In this document: positions 28,027 through 38,400 of the stretch, one piece after another
How the letters are laid out: the number at the start of each line of letters is the position of its first letter
How positions within the stretch are numbered: the first letter of the stretch is position 1
IMG/VR virus record: IMGVR_UViG_3300016675_000012
Coordinates: 1-61,895 of that record
Direction: 5' to 3' (one strand)
DNA: 61,895 nt
Source of the DNA: a virus
Taxonomy: Duplodnaviria > Caudoviricetes
The notes under the pieces: model-generated
The model's input: the letters and a program-made list of their open reading frames with translations, nothing else
Databases searched by the model: none
What the model was told of the DNA's origin: nothing
Program-made: the position numbers and the translations under genes

Positions 28027-28238
28027 TGCACAAGGAAGGCATGATTCGGAGACTCAAGAACCCCGACATGTATTCCGTTCAGACTGCTGATCCCAAGGTG
28101 ACAATGCTGCTCAAGGAGGACACCCTCCTTGAGTGGCCTGTCGGGAGTGGCAAAGGAATACCTGTCTCCAAGATCTTCCAGAAACAGGAGAAGGAACGTC
28201 ATGCTAAAGATCACGAAACCCCTGACAGCAGTGCATGA
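28026..28238 (+). CDS. hypothetical protein
   Basis: TAATG coupling (alternative ATG 28041 with AAGGA RBS); overlaps the pol-C start. Confidence 0.55.
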   Translation: MHKEGMIRRLKNPDMYSVQTADPKVTMLLKEDTLLEWPVGSGKGIPVSKIFQKQEKERHAKDHETPDSSA

Positions 28239-28956
28239 AACCACTGCCTCAGAACACGATGTTTCTCGGATCAATGGCATCAAAGTCAGCTACCCTGCCT
28301 TCAGACAAGACTCTAAGGCTCCCACTTTCGCCCTGACCTATCAGGGAACCTACATCACTCTCATGACCAACTGTGGCTTTGCCAAGGATCTGGCCATGAG
28401 CATTGAAGCCAGTTACCACGACCTTTACGTCGTGTCTGACAAGTGGGTTCAGGATCGGTTGGACCAAGCCTGCAAGGATGGATACGTCACTCTGGCCTTT
28501 GGCTTGAGGCTCAGGACACCTCTTCTCAAGCAGGTAGTCTTGGGCACCAGTGCCACTCCTTTTGAGGCTGCTGCTGAAGGCAGGACCGCTGGCAATGCCC
28601 TTGGTCAGAGCTGGTGTATGCTGAACTCTCGTGCTGTCTCTGGCTTCATGAAAAAGGTCAGAACCAGCAAACACAGGCTGGACATCAAGCCCTGCTCTCA
28701 GATACACGATGCGTCCTACTATCTCATCAAAGATGACATGGAGACGCTCCTCTACACCAACACTAACCTCTCCAAAGAGGTTAGCTGGCAGGAAGATCCC
28801 CTGATCCAGAACGAACACATCAAGATGAGTGGCTCCTTGGCTATCTTCTACCCGAACTGGTCCAAGAGCTTTGACATCCCCAATGATGCTGATGAACCCA
28901 AGGTTAAGTCCTTGATCAAGAAGCATTTGGTGAAACTTGAAGGAGAAACCAAGTGA
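28201..28956 (+). CDS. family A DNA polymerase, C-terminal subunit (fingers motif B, palm motif C)
   Basis: RQDSKAPTFALTY (motif B), RTAGNALGQS, QIHDA (motif C); own AGGAG RBS before ATG 28201. Confidence 0.9.
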   Translation: MLKITKPLTAVHETTASEHDVSRINGIKVSYPAFRQDSKAPTFALTYQGTYITLMTNCGFAKDLAMSIEASYHDLYVVSDKWVQDRLDQACKDGYVTLAFGLRLRTPLLKQVVLGTSATPFEAAAEGRTAGNALGQSWCMLNSRAVSGFMKKVRTSKHRLDIKPCSQIHDASYYLIKDDMETLLYTNTNLSKEVSWQEDPLIQNEHIKMSGSLAIFYPNWSKSFDIPNDADEPKVKSLIKKHLVKLEGETK

Positions 28957-29954
28957 AGATTACCAATGAGATGGGCATTGATCTGCCTCTTGCTGTCTGG
29001 CTCTTGCAAGACGGTTACAAGTCTGGTGCTGACAATGCTCCTCCCGGTGAACTGCTTTCAGTCACCACTCTCATGAAGCCCACTCGTCAGCTCATCCTGC
29101 AACGAAAGGTGGACTTCTCCAAAGAGACTCTGGACCTGAGTGAACTGGTCTCGTCTCGTATGGGCCACGGTCTCCATGACAGCATTGAACGTGCATGGAC
29201 CGAAGGTGACTGGAAAGGAGCCATGAAGAAGCTCCACTATCCTGACTCGATCATCAACAAGATCAGGATCAATCCTCCGATGGACAAGCCTTTGGAAGAA
29301 GGCGTCATTCCAATCTATCTGGAGCAACGTGGTTTCAAACCCTTTGAAGACATCGTTCTGACTGGTCAGCTCGATTTCCTCATTGGTTCATCCTACAGAG
29401 ACTTCAAGTCCACTTCGACTTTCTCCTACACTTCAGGATCGAAAGACGAAGACTACGCTCTGCAAGGATCTCTCTATCGCTTCATCTTCCCTGATCTGAT
29501 CAAGGATGATGTCATGCGTATCGAGTTCATCTTCACCGACTGGGCTTCCTACAGAGCCAAGACAGACAAGAGCTACCCTCAAGCTCGTGTGGCTCACAAG
29601 GAGTTCAAGCTCCTCAGCCTGCGTGACACTGAAATGTGGCTCTCGTCCAAGCTGGCTGAGATCCGCAAGAATGCCAAGCTGCCTCAGTCAAAGATGATCG
29701 AATGCACCGACAAACAGCTCTGGAGAGCTGACGATGTGTTCAAGTATTACTCGAACCCTGAGACAGCCAAGACTGGTGGTCGATGCACCAAACGCTTTGA
29801 CAAGGAAAGCGAAGCCGTTCTCTTCATGCAGGAGAAGGGCAAAGGTGTCATCGTCAAAGAAGCCGGAGAACCGAAAGCCTGCATGTATTGCAACGCTTTC
29901 CAAGTCTGTGAGCAGCGGAAACGCTACTTCAATGACGATGGTTCTTCCCGGTAA
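28953..29954 (+). CDS. PD-(D/E)XK exonuclease-like protein (N4 gp42-like)
   Basis: SVTTLMKP, GHGLH, GQLD...DFKST, LQGSLY, C-terminal CxYC...C. Confidence 0.8.
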   Translation: MKITNEMGIDLPLAVWLLQDGYKSGADNAPPGELLSVTTLMKPTRQLILQRKVDFSKETLDLSELVSSRMGHGLHDSIERAWTEGDWKGAMKKLHYPDSIINKIRINPPMDKPLEEGVIPIYLEQRGFKPFEDIVLTGQLDFLIGSSYRDFKSTSTFSYTSGSKDEDYALQGSLYRFIFPDLIKDDVMRIEFIFTDWASYRAKTDKSYPQARVAHKEFKLLSLRDTEMWLSSKLAEIRKNAKLPQSKMIECTDKQLWRADDVFKYYSNPETAKTGGRCTKRFDKESEAVLFMQEKGKGVIVKEAGEPKACMYCNAFQVCEQRKRYFNDDGSSR

Positions 29955-29979
29955 TCCATGAACACAAGGAACCTACTCC

Positions 29980-32148
29980 ATGTCCTCTTCCAAGATCTTT
30001 GATCTGGAAGTGCTGAAAAGCACTCCCCATCACGTTGCCATGAGCGAGATCGTTGATCTTCTGTGTCATCGCACTGGCAACGTGAACCGAGACTTCTTCC
30101 AAGCAGAAGTCGCCTACTTCCTCGGTCTGATCCCCAGTGCCATGAGAGTGACCATCGAAAGTGCTGAACGTGGCAAGATCCCGGTCAACATCTATTCGAT
30201 TGCTCTGGCCACCTCTGGCTTTGGCAAGGGTCACTCTGTCTCTCTGATGGAAGACATGATCTCTGACTTCCGTGAGACTTTCGTTCAGAAGGTCTTTCCC
30301 TTCATCGCTGAGAAGTCTCTCTATGATCTGGCTACCGAACTGGCAGCAGCCAAGAGCGGTGATCAAGCAGAAGAACTGAAGCTGCTGGAAGCAGACTTCA
30401 AGCGTCAGGGTCATGCTCCTTTCATCTTTGACTCAGGCACTGGTCCTGCTGTCAAACAGCTTCGCTACAAGCTGCTTCTGGCTCGTGCTGGCTCCATCAA
30501 TTTCCAGATGGATGAGATTGGTTCCAACCTCAGTGGTCAGACTGAAATCATCAACATGCTCCTTGAGCTGTATGATCTGGGTCGGATCAAGACCAAACTG
30601 GTCAAGAACACTGTGGACAATGAACGTGGGATCGACCTTCATGGTTCGACTCCTGCAAACATGCTGATGTTTGGCACCACTTCGAAACTGTTCGATGGAG
30701 CCAGAACTGAAGAAGAGTTCTACAGCTTCCTTGAGATCGGCTATGCACGTCGTTGCTTCTTCGGTCTGGGAAAGCCTGAGATCTACAACTCTCAGGTGAA
30801 CCCTGAAGATGTCTACAACGGTCTGGTCTCCAAGAACCGTTCCCAGAACCTCGTGAAATGGAAAGGCATCCTGAAGAACTTCGCTGATCCTGCTCACTAT
30901 GGGACCAAGCTCCAAGTTCCTCGTCAGGTCGGTGTGAAGCTCGTTGCCTACCGTCTGCTGTGTGAAAGCCTTGCTAATGCAATGGCTGAACACGAAGTCA
31001 TTCGGAAAGCTGAAATGAGTCACCGTTACTTCAAAGCTCTGAAGCTGGCTGGTGTCTATGCCTATCTTGATGGCTCCAAGGACATCACCATGGACAACTT
31101 GATGCAGGGCATCAAGGTCGCTGAAGAGTCTGGTGCAAGCTTCCAGCAACTTCTGAAGCGTGAGAGAAACTTCGTCCGTCTGGCGAAGTATATCGCTGCT
31201 TCTCCGGGAGAACTGACCCATGCTGATCTGGTCGAAGATCTTCCCTACTACCCCACCGCTACTGGACCTCGTAAGGAGATCATGGACCTCGCCATGGCTT
31301 GGGGTGTTGGGAACCATGTGGTCATCAAGAAGACCGTTGTCTCTGGAGTGGAGTTCTTCACTGGCTCTACCCTTCAAGAGACAGATCTCCAGAAGATCAT
31401 GTTCAGCTACTCTGACCATTTCGCTCAGAACTACACGTCTTACCAGAAGCCTTTCGACAAGCTTCCACAGCTCCTTGGAGCTAAGGACTTGCACTGGTGC
31501 AACCATGGGTTCGACAAGGAACACAGAGCTGAAGAAAACGCACTGGAAGGCTTCAATCTCCTTGTCGTGGACGTGGATGGGACGATCTCCCTGAATGCTG
31601 TCCATGAGCTGATGAAGGACTATACGTTCATCACCAGCACCACTAAGAGACATACTCCTGATGTGAACCGTTTCCGGCTCATCATGCCAACTAACTATGT
31701 CCTCAATCTGGACAAGGTTGACTATCGGGAGTTCATGAACAGCTTCCTTTTGTGGCTTCCCTTTGACTCGGATACCTCTGCGAACCAGAGGTCCAAGAAA
31801 TGGATGACTCATGAGGGATCTACCATCCATCTCCACCGTGGACCCAATCTCGTCAATGTTCTACCCTTCATCCCGAAGACCAAGCAGAACACTGAATACC
31901 GGGCTTCGATTGTCGATCTGGGACGCCTCAACCATCTGGAACGCTGGTTCCTCAACAACATGGATGAAGGCAACCGGAACAATAATCTGGCCAAATTCGG
32001 CATGATGCTTATGGACGCTGGCATGAGCTACGATGAGATCGTCCACAAGATCTACACCTTGAATGATCAGTGTCAGTCTCCCCTGAAGAAGGATGAGATC
32101 CAGCAGACTGTTCTCAAGTCAATCGCTTCGAAAATGTCGAAGAAGTAA
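29980..32148 (+). CDS. N4-type DNA primase (gp43-like)
   Basis: SGFGKG, DEIGSNL, VVDVD, TTKRH...RFRLI and EGNRNN (PriCT-like) motifs; N4 synteny. Confidence 0.85.
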   Translation: MSSSKIFDLEVLKSTPHHVAMSEIVDLLCHRTGNVNRDFFQAEVAYFLGLIPSAMRVTIESAERGKIPVNIYSIALATSGFGKGHSVSLMEDMISDFRETFVQKVFPFIAEKSLYDLATELAAAKSGDQAEELKLLEADFKRQGHAPFIFDSGTGPAVKQLRYKLLLARAGSINFQMDEIGSNLSGQTEIINMLLELYDLGRIKTKLVKNTVDNERGIDLHGSTPANMLMFGTTSKLFDGARTEEEFYSFLEIGYARRCFFGLGKPEIYNSQVNPEDVYNGLVSKNRSQNLVKWKGILKNFADPAHYGTKLQVPRQVGVKLVAYRLLCESLANAMAEHEVIRKAEMSHRYFKALKLAGVYAYLDGSKDITMDNLMQGIKVAEESGASFQQLLKRERNFVRLAKYIAASPGELTHADLVEDLPYYPTATGPRKEIMDLAMAWGVGNHVVIKKTVVSGVEFFTGSTLQETDLQKIMFSYSDHFAQNYTSYQKPFDKLPQLLGAKDLHWCNHGFDKEHRAEENALEGFNLLVVDVDGTISLNAVHELMKDYTFITSTTKRHTPDVNRFRLIMPTNYVLNLDKVDYREFMNSFLLWLPFDSDTSANQRSKKWMTHEGSTIHLHRGPNLVNVLPFIPKTKQNTEYRASIVDLGRLNHLERWFLNNMDEGNRNNNLAKFGMMLMDAGMSYDEIVHKIYTLNDQCQSPLKKDEIQQTVLKSIASKMSKK

Positions 32149-32156
32149 GGAGTCCC

Positions 32157-32309
32157 ATGGGAGACTGTTCTACCCACCTGATCTTTTACCAAGGCTATTG
32201 GTATCTGGTCTACTCGAACAATGAAGTATGGATCGACTCCAAATATCAGGAGACGGTCTGTCACATTGGTCACGAAGAAAAGAAACTCGAACTCAGTGAG
32301 GTCCAATAA
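32157..32309 (+). CDS. hypothetical protein (50 aa; below the ORF-track cutoff)
   Basis: AAGGAG RBS; MGDCSTHLIFYQGYWY...; TAATG overlap with the next gene. Confidence 0.6.
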   Translation: MGDCSTHLIFYQGYWYLVYSNNEVWIDSKYQETVCHIGHEEKKLELSEVQ

Positions 32310-33037
32310 TGGACAGTGAACACCCCAAGAGCCTTCTGATTGCTGGTGAGTCTGGAGCAGGCAAGTCCTTCTCCTTGGCGAACCTTCGTGGTCAGGAGGG
32401 TGTCCTCTACATCAACTGTGAGGGCGGAAAACCTCTGCCCTTCAAGAACAAGTTCAAGCGTGTGACAGTCGATGATCCTCTGGAGATCTTTGATCTCTAT
32501 CAGGCCATCATCGACAACCCCGGCAAGCGTTTCCATACTGTTGTCATCGACACGGTGTCTTTCATGATGGAACGCTTCGAAGCAGTTCATGTGAATGGCT
32601 CTGCCAATACCATGAAGGCTTGGGGTGACTATGGTCAATTCTTCAAGACCCTCATGTATGACTATGTGGCGAAAGCCGATGTCTACTCGGTCATGTTGGG
32701 CCACCTTGATGGTGAGCTTCAGGAAGAAACGAACCAGATGAAATACAGTGTCCCCGTCAAGGGTTCGCTAAAGAAGAATGGTCTGGAGGCATACTTCACG
32801 ACTGTCGTTGTCTGCAAGAAGGTGAAGATCAAAGATCTCAGACCCAACAAGCTCCTGACAATCACGGAGCGTGACGAGGAGATCGGGTTCAAGCACGTCT
32901 TCCAGACTCGCACCACCAAACAGACAGTGGGGGATCGGATACGCTCTCCCTTCGGTCTGTTCAATGACGACGAGCTTTACATCAACAACGATGCACAGAT
33001 CGTCATCGACCAACTGAAGGAGTTCTATGCCGACTAA
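32309..33037 (+). CDS. Sak4-like AAA ATPase (N4 gp44-like)
   Basis: GESGAGKS, VVIDT and RIRSPFG motifs; adjacent to SSB. Confidence 0.85.
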   Translation: MDSEHPKSLLIAGESGAGKSFSLANLRGQEGVLYINCEGGKPLPFKNKFKRVTVDDPLEIFDLYQAIIDNPGKRFHTVVIDTVSFMMERFEAVHVNGSANTMKAWGDYGQFFKTLMYDYVAKADVYSVMLGHLDGELQEETNQMKYSVPVKGSLKKNGLEAYFTTVVVCKKVKIKDLRPNKLLTITERDEEIGFKHVFQTRTTKQTVGDRIRSPFGLFNDDELYINNDAQIVIDQLKEFYAD

Positions 33038-33078
33038 GGCATAGACCCTTCGCAACCCAAGAGAAGGAACGACAACAC

Positions 33079-33897
33079 ATGTCATCCAACGTGTTCGCAG
33101 GCAAGAAGATTGCCAAAGATACCATCGACGAGGATTATGTCCCCTCTGGTGGTGTGTTCGACTCGAACATCTACACGGCCAAGATCAAGACGGCCTACAT
33201 CGGCAAGGCTCAGGCTTCTGAAGCTCGGAATGTGACTCTGCTGCTCGACATCAATGGACGTGAGCTTCGCTCTGAAGTCTGGGTGTCGAACCAGAAGGGT
33301 GATGTGACCTACACCGACAAGAAGACCAAGGAAGTGAAGAACCTTCCGGGCTTCAACCAGATGAACAGTCTGGCTCTGCTGGTTCTCGGCAAGAACCTTG
33401 GTGATCTGGAAACCGAGGATCTGGTGGTCAAGCTCTATGACTTCGACGCCAAGAAGGAACTGCCTCAGTCTGTGACCTGTTTCAGCCAACTCCATGGTGA
33501 GACGGTTCAGATCGCTGTCCAGCGTCAGACCGTGGACAAGACGAAGAAGAACGAATCGACTGGTGAATATGAGCCAACTGGCGAAACTCGTGACCAGAAT
33601 AAGATCGTCAAGTTCTTCGCTGCTGACAAGCTCGTCACGATCTCGGAAGTCGCTGAGTTCATCAAGGGCCTTGGTGAAAGTTTCGACGATGTGGTGGACG
33701 GTGGCAATCTGCTGAAGGCCATTCGCAAGGTGCCTGAAGAGAACGGCCTCTATGCTGAAAAGTGGCTGGAACAGAACAAGGGCCAGACCTACGACAAGTC
33801 CACGGGCAAGAAGTCTGCTGGCAAGTCGTTCACTTCGGCTTCCGAGTCTGGTTCGGGTGAAGGCAAGAAGAAAGCCTCTTCCCTGTTCGACGACTGA
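33079..33897 (+). CDS. single-stranded DNA-binding protein (N4 gp45-like)
   Basis: LPGFN motif; C-terminal KKASSLF; synteny. Confidence 0.8.
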   Translation: MSSNVFAGKKIAKDTIDEDYVPSGGVFDSNIYTAKIKTAYIGKAQASEARNVTLLLDINGRELRSEVWVSNQKGDVTYTDKKTKEVKNLPGFNQMNSLALLVLGKNLGDLETEDLVVKLYDFDAKKELPQSVTCFSQLHGETVQIAVQRQTVDKTKKNESTGEYEPTGETRDQNKIVKFFAADKLVTISEVAEFIKGLGESFDDVVDGGNLLKAIRKVPEENGLYAEKWLEQNKGQTYDKSTGKKSAGKSFTSASESGSGEGKKKASSLFDD

Positions 33898-33936
33898 GGA
33901 CTACACCCTGTAGTCTGATCCAGACTGGAGATTGCG

Positions 33937-34947
33937 ATGACTGAAGGAAGAGTTTTCCAGATCAAGCTTCCCATGAAGATGAAAGTCAACAAGGGAGGTG
34001 AACAGGAAAGTCTCAACCTGAATGTCTATCGCAATCTCCATTTCTACAAGTTGAACTTCCAGAAGAAGGCTTTTCAGGACTTTGTGAAACCTCTTCTTCT
34101 TGGGCTTCCTCAACTGGAAGCAGTGACTCTCCATTATGAGATCAACCCCAAAGGTGGTTCCAGACTCGACATCATGAATGTCGGATCCATCGTGGACAAG
34201 TTCTTCTCTGATGCTCTGGTTCTCAATCAGATCATCCCCGATGACGACTACAAGCATGTGGTAGGGAACTCGTTCTCTTTTGGATCTGTCTGTCCGACTG
34301 ACCCCCATGTGCTTGTCACAATTACCGAAACTCAACCAAGGAAAGAAACGCCTATGCGTATCCTGTTGGATCAAGATGAAATCCAGCAAGCTCTTGAAGC
34401 CTTCGTTCAGACGATGGGTCTTGCAGGTGCTTCTGGTGTCGAACTGACTGTGGTTGGTGATGAAATCCAAGCAGAGATCATGATGAATGGTCCTCTGACT
34501 TCGACCATCACTGCCCCTGCGGAAACGACCAATACCGCAACTTCCGACCAGCCTGTCAAACGTCGTGGTGGCCGTGTCCTTGGTTCCAAGAACAAACCCA
34601 AGGTGGTGATCCCGAATGTGGCAGAATCTTCTCAGACTGGCTCTGATCTCGATGGCTCAGGAGATACTGAAGGAGGAGAAGAGGAAAATTCTGATTCCAA
34701 CTCCGAAGGTGATGATCAGCCCACGAGCGCAGAACGCGATCTCTTCGGGGAAGGCAGCGGAGATGGCGACGAAGAGGCTGACGGGACTGGACCCAGTGAA
34801 CAAAAGACTGGGACCAACCGGGGAAACCTTTTCGGGGACTCGGACAACGAATCCTCCGAGGATACTGACCCCGACGAAGAGGGTTCTCGTGCCAAGACCG
34901 AAGTGACGCCTCCTCGCAAGCGTCCTTCGATCTTTGATGCGGACTGA
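33937..34947 (+). CDS. RusA-like Holliday junction resolvase fused in frame to an acidic low-complexity protein
   Basis: LNLNVYRN, RLDIMN...DKFFSDAL...IPDDD RusA motifs; second module starts MRILLDQDEI at 34354. Confidence 0.75.
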   Translation: MTEGRVFQIKLPMKMKVNKGGEQESLNLNVYRNLHFYKLNFQKKAFQDFVKPLLLGLPQLEAVTLHYEINPKGGSRLDIMNVGSIVDKFFSDALVLNQIIPDDDYKHVVGNSFSFGSVCPTDPHVLVTITETQPRKETPMRILLDQDEIQQALEAFVQTMGLAGASGVELTVVGDEIQAEIMMNGPLTSTITAPAETTNTATSDQPVKRRGGRVLGSKNKPKVVIPNVAESSQTGSDLDGSGDTEGGEEENSDSNSEGDDQPTSAERDLFGEGSGDGDEEADGTGPSEQKTGTNRGNLFGDSDNESSEDTDPDEEGSRAKTEVTPPRKRPSIFDAD

Positions 34948-34952
34948 GAATC

Positions 34953-35153
34953 ATGTTCACACGCATGATTCTCGCAGTGTCAGGCTTCTGCCTGATTGCT
35001 GGAATTCTGACTATCGCCATCTTCGTGGCAGGTGCGATTCTCGGAATCGTTCTGTCAGTGCTAGCTCCAATCGGACTGCTTTTCACGGGAGTTGGTCTGG
35101 TGTGGTTTTTGGTCACAGATTTCTCTGAAGAGAAGACTGCCAAGAAGCAATGA
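34953..35153 (+). CDS. small membrane protein
   Basis: Two hydrophobic helices and a charged C-terminus. Confidence 0.65.
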   Translation: MFTRMILAVSGFCLIAGILTIAIFVAGAILGIVLSVLAPIGLLFTGVGLVWFLVTDFSEEKTAKKQ

Positions 35154-35222
35154 CGTGTCAGAATACTACTGCACCTGTGGCAGAGCCTCATGAAGGCCAA
35201 GAACTGATAGTGCAGTGGTGAG

Positions 35223-35266
35223 AGGGAGAGCATTTGATTTGTTCGATGCTCTCCCTTTTTCTTTTT
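35223..35266 (+). terminator. Rho-independent terminator
   Basis: AGGGAGAGCAT / ATGCTCTCCCT stem followed by TTTTCTTTTT. Confidence 0.8.
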
Positions 35267-35354
35267 GGTGTGGTGGAAATGGTAGACACGGCGCTTGTAG
35301 GGACGCCAAAACCTGAACGTGCTGGCATTGTGGGTTCGACTCCCACCACCAGTT
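35264..35354 (+). tRNA. atypical tRNA or tRNA-like RNA (Leu-type D arm, non-canonical anticodon arm, no CCA)
   Basis: D-arm TGGTGGAAATGGTAGACAC; perfect T-arm GTGGG-TTCGACT-CCCAC; acceptor TTGGTG/CACCAG. Confidence 0.65.
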
Positions 35355-35400
35355 AGAGAGAGAGCGATTGGGTAAACCAGAAGCTCTCTCTCTTTCTTTT
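35355..35400. terminator. terminator between the convergent middle and late regions
   Basis: AGAGAGAGAGC...GCTCTCTCTCT stem followed by TTCTTTT; abuts the vRNAP stop. Confidence 0.7.
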
Positions 35401-38400
35401 ACCCAGCGGTCAGGGTTGCCCATGGGTTCATACCCGGAGCATCCCAGAGCATGTCCCAACCCAGAGAGTAGGGCAGAGTGCCTTCAGCAGCCTTGCTGAT
35501 GAGGTTGTCAGTCACAGGACCAGACTCCAGCCCCAAGACCCCAATGCCCACCAGAGACCTCACAGGGTTCTCCCTGATGGTCTGTAGAGCCACCTTCATG
35601 GATCTGATCTTGAAGGTCAGGAACCAAGTGGCACCAATCGACTCCAGACCAGTTCTCATCCGTCCCGGAAGGATTGAGAAGTTCACGAACTCTTCGTTCA
35701 CTTTCGCCATTGCTCTTTCAGGACTCATACCTGTTTCAATCAGGTGGTCGTAATAGATCGACTTCGCAATGAAGTCCCCATACTGGACAGCCTTGTTGGC
35801 ACCACGATAGATCGCAGTGTCTTTGCTCAGCAGTCCATACTTGACCACAGTCTGAACACCAGCAGGCAACTTGTTCAGTTGACCCTCAACCCAGTCTCCA
35901 AACTTTCCATCAGTGATCGACACATCCAGTTCTGTCATGCCCTCAGAGATGGTCTTGTAGGCACCAGCCTCGACCAGAGGAGCAACAGAGAACCTCTTGT
36001 TCTCATCTTCCAAAACTTGGATCTGCTGTTTCAGAATGGCCACCTTGTTCTTGTTTGTGGCTGCAAGTCTGATCTCTGCCTGAAGACCCATGATCTTCTT
36101 CAGGTTCTCATTCAGCTTGTCGATTTCCACAAACTTGTCCCGGTAGCCCTTCATGACTGCCTTGGTTCCAACACCACGGTTCACGAGCTGCATGACGTTG
36201 GACTGAGTGTTCATGAAAGGAACCACCAGTGATCTGACCACGATCAGATCCTTGGCTGTAGACACAGTATTCATGGTCACAGTCTCTGTGTTGGCCAACC
36301 ATTTGAAGGCTTTGTCTCCCATGGTCATCTTGCCAACAGTCTTCACAGCCAGAGCCACAGACTCTGGGAGACGATGGTTTCCTGTCCACACATCAACGAT
36401 GGATGGGTCTCTGTAACCCAAAGCCAAGTTGATCATGTCCTTACGAACCATGAAGCCAGTCTCTTCACCAAACACACCGATAATGTGTTCTTTCAGTTGA
36501 GGCGGAATGACCTTCCAGCTCTCCTGATAGATCTTGTCTTTCGATGTATCCATTCTCTCGAACAGACCATCTGTGTTTGGTTCTCTGTTGTCCCAGATCT
36601 TCTTCAGCTCAGTGACCAGAGCAAGGTTGTATTCGTGGGAGAACTTCTCTTCCACCTGACGACCAGCCCAAGCACCAACCATCATTGCCATGTTGGAAGG
36701 TGGCTGAAGATACTTCTGTGCCAAGTCAGGGTTGATCGCTCTCTCATAGAAGAGAACACCACCATCTTGGTCATAGACAGGGATCAGGACATTCTTGGGA
36801 TCTCTCACTGTGCCTGCATTGTTCAGAGCATCAGTCAGAGACACCACAGCAATCCCGGAGATGACCCCTGAAGTGGTTCCATTGACCGTCAGACCAGTGG
36901 TAGCGTTCACACCCCGATAGGTGTCCTGCACTTGCTGAAGGACGCCTTGAGAGTAGTTCCCACCCTGTTTGACTGTGGTCATGTAATAGCCACGAGAAGT
37001 CAGAGACCCTGAGTCTGTGGTGTCATCTGCAACACGCACATACCCACGACGCTCCAGATCTTCCCTGTCAGCATCTCTGGCAATGATGAGGTCGATCTCA
37101 CCCTTGCTGTGGTCAGGGATGTATCCCTTGTAGCCATTCATCCGAGCAGCCTCAGAGATGACCTTAGAGTCTTCTTCCTTGTTTAGAGCCTGAACGTAAA
37201 CCAGCAGGTTGTGAACCCCATCAGGGTCACTTGCCTGCATGTTGGCCACAGACTCTCTCTGAGCCTTGTCTGTGCCGTTGAGGGCATAGAGGCTAATCAG
37301 ACGATCCAGTTCCTTGACCATGGCAGGCTTGTTCCCACCAGCCAGCTTGTGGATGGCATAGGCATTCTTGATGAGCTGGAAACCAGCTCCCTTGCCATTC
37401 ATGAAGTCAGCCAGTTGCTTGCCCTTGTCGATCATGTCTTGCCCAGTAACACCGGGGAACTCCTTTCTGATCTTCTTCTCAAGAGCAGCAATCCGACGAT
37501 CCAGCAGAGACTGATCACTCAGCATATCGAATGAGTCATCAGGGTTCTTCAGATCGAACAGAGCAGCAAAGTCAGACTTGCCCAGAACATGATGGAGGTC
37601 TCTCCATTGCTCTTCGTTGGGATGGGTCTTGAATGCGTTCTGGAAGATCACCGGAAGTTCTTCCCGGTAAGCCTGACGAGACGACTGGACGACATAGTTC
37701 ACCTTGTCCAGCATCTGGATCACATCGGTATTGATTGCATCTCCACCGACGATCTCACTCACCAGTTCCCGAATGAACACGGCACCATCGAGCAGACCAC
37801 CCATATGGGTAGCCGTCTTGGCAGCCTTGGCTGATTGTCTGGACAGGTTCGGGTCCAAGTAGTTGGTTGCCAAAGTCACAGCCCCAGAGACAGTCTTCAA
37901 CAGACCGTTTCTAGTTGAGGCTTGGACCTCTCTGTTCAAGGCATTAGTTTTCTGAGCCAGAGTAGACAAGGCACCACCAACAAACTTGTCAGCCTTGTTG
38001 AAGGTCTTCATCAGACCCTGCAAAGCTTTGAATTCATTGGCATTGTCTTGCTTCAGGATCTCATCACTGAGATTGTCCAAGATCTCCTTGACTGACTTTC
38101 CTTCCAGATCAGAAGAGGCAATCATCTTCTGCATCAGGTATCCAGCCGAAGTCGTCAGCAGATCATTCAGAGACTTGACCTTCTGACCACGTTGAACGGA
38201 AGGCTGAGGCAGTTGCTCCATGGCCTTTCTGAAGCTTGTGGATGTCTGAGACAGAGCCAGAAGAACAGCAATAGCGTCGGACACACCTTCATCATTCTTG
38301 GTTGCTCCCATGAGTTCCATGACAGCACCATAACGGTCCTGTCCAATCTGACCATCTCCCAACATCGCAGGAGTCAGGTTGTTCACAACATGCTCATAGG

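Noticed and set aside
27240-28300. Split intein or group I intron in the DNA polymerase; pol-C's MLKITK...INGIKVS superficially recalls an IntC
   Set aside because: INGIKVSY..RQDSK is polymerase sequence leading into motif B. There is no terminal (H)N followed by C/S/T, the N-tail is too short and lacks the TxxH block, and the gap is filled by coupled ORFs with no intron core.
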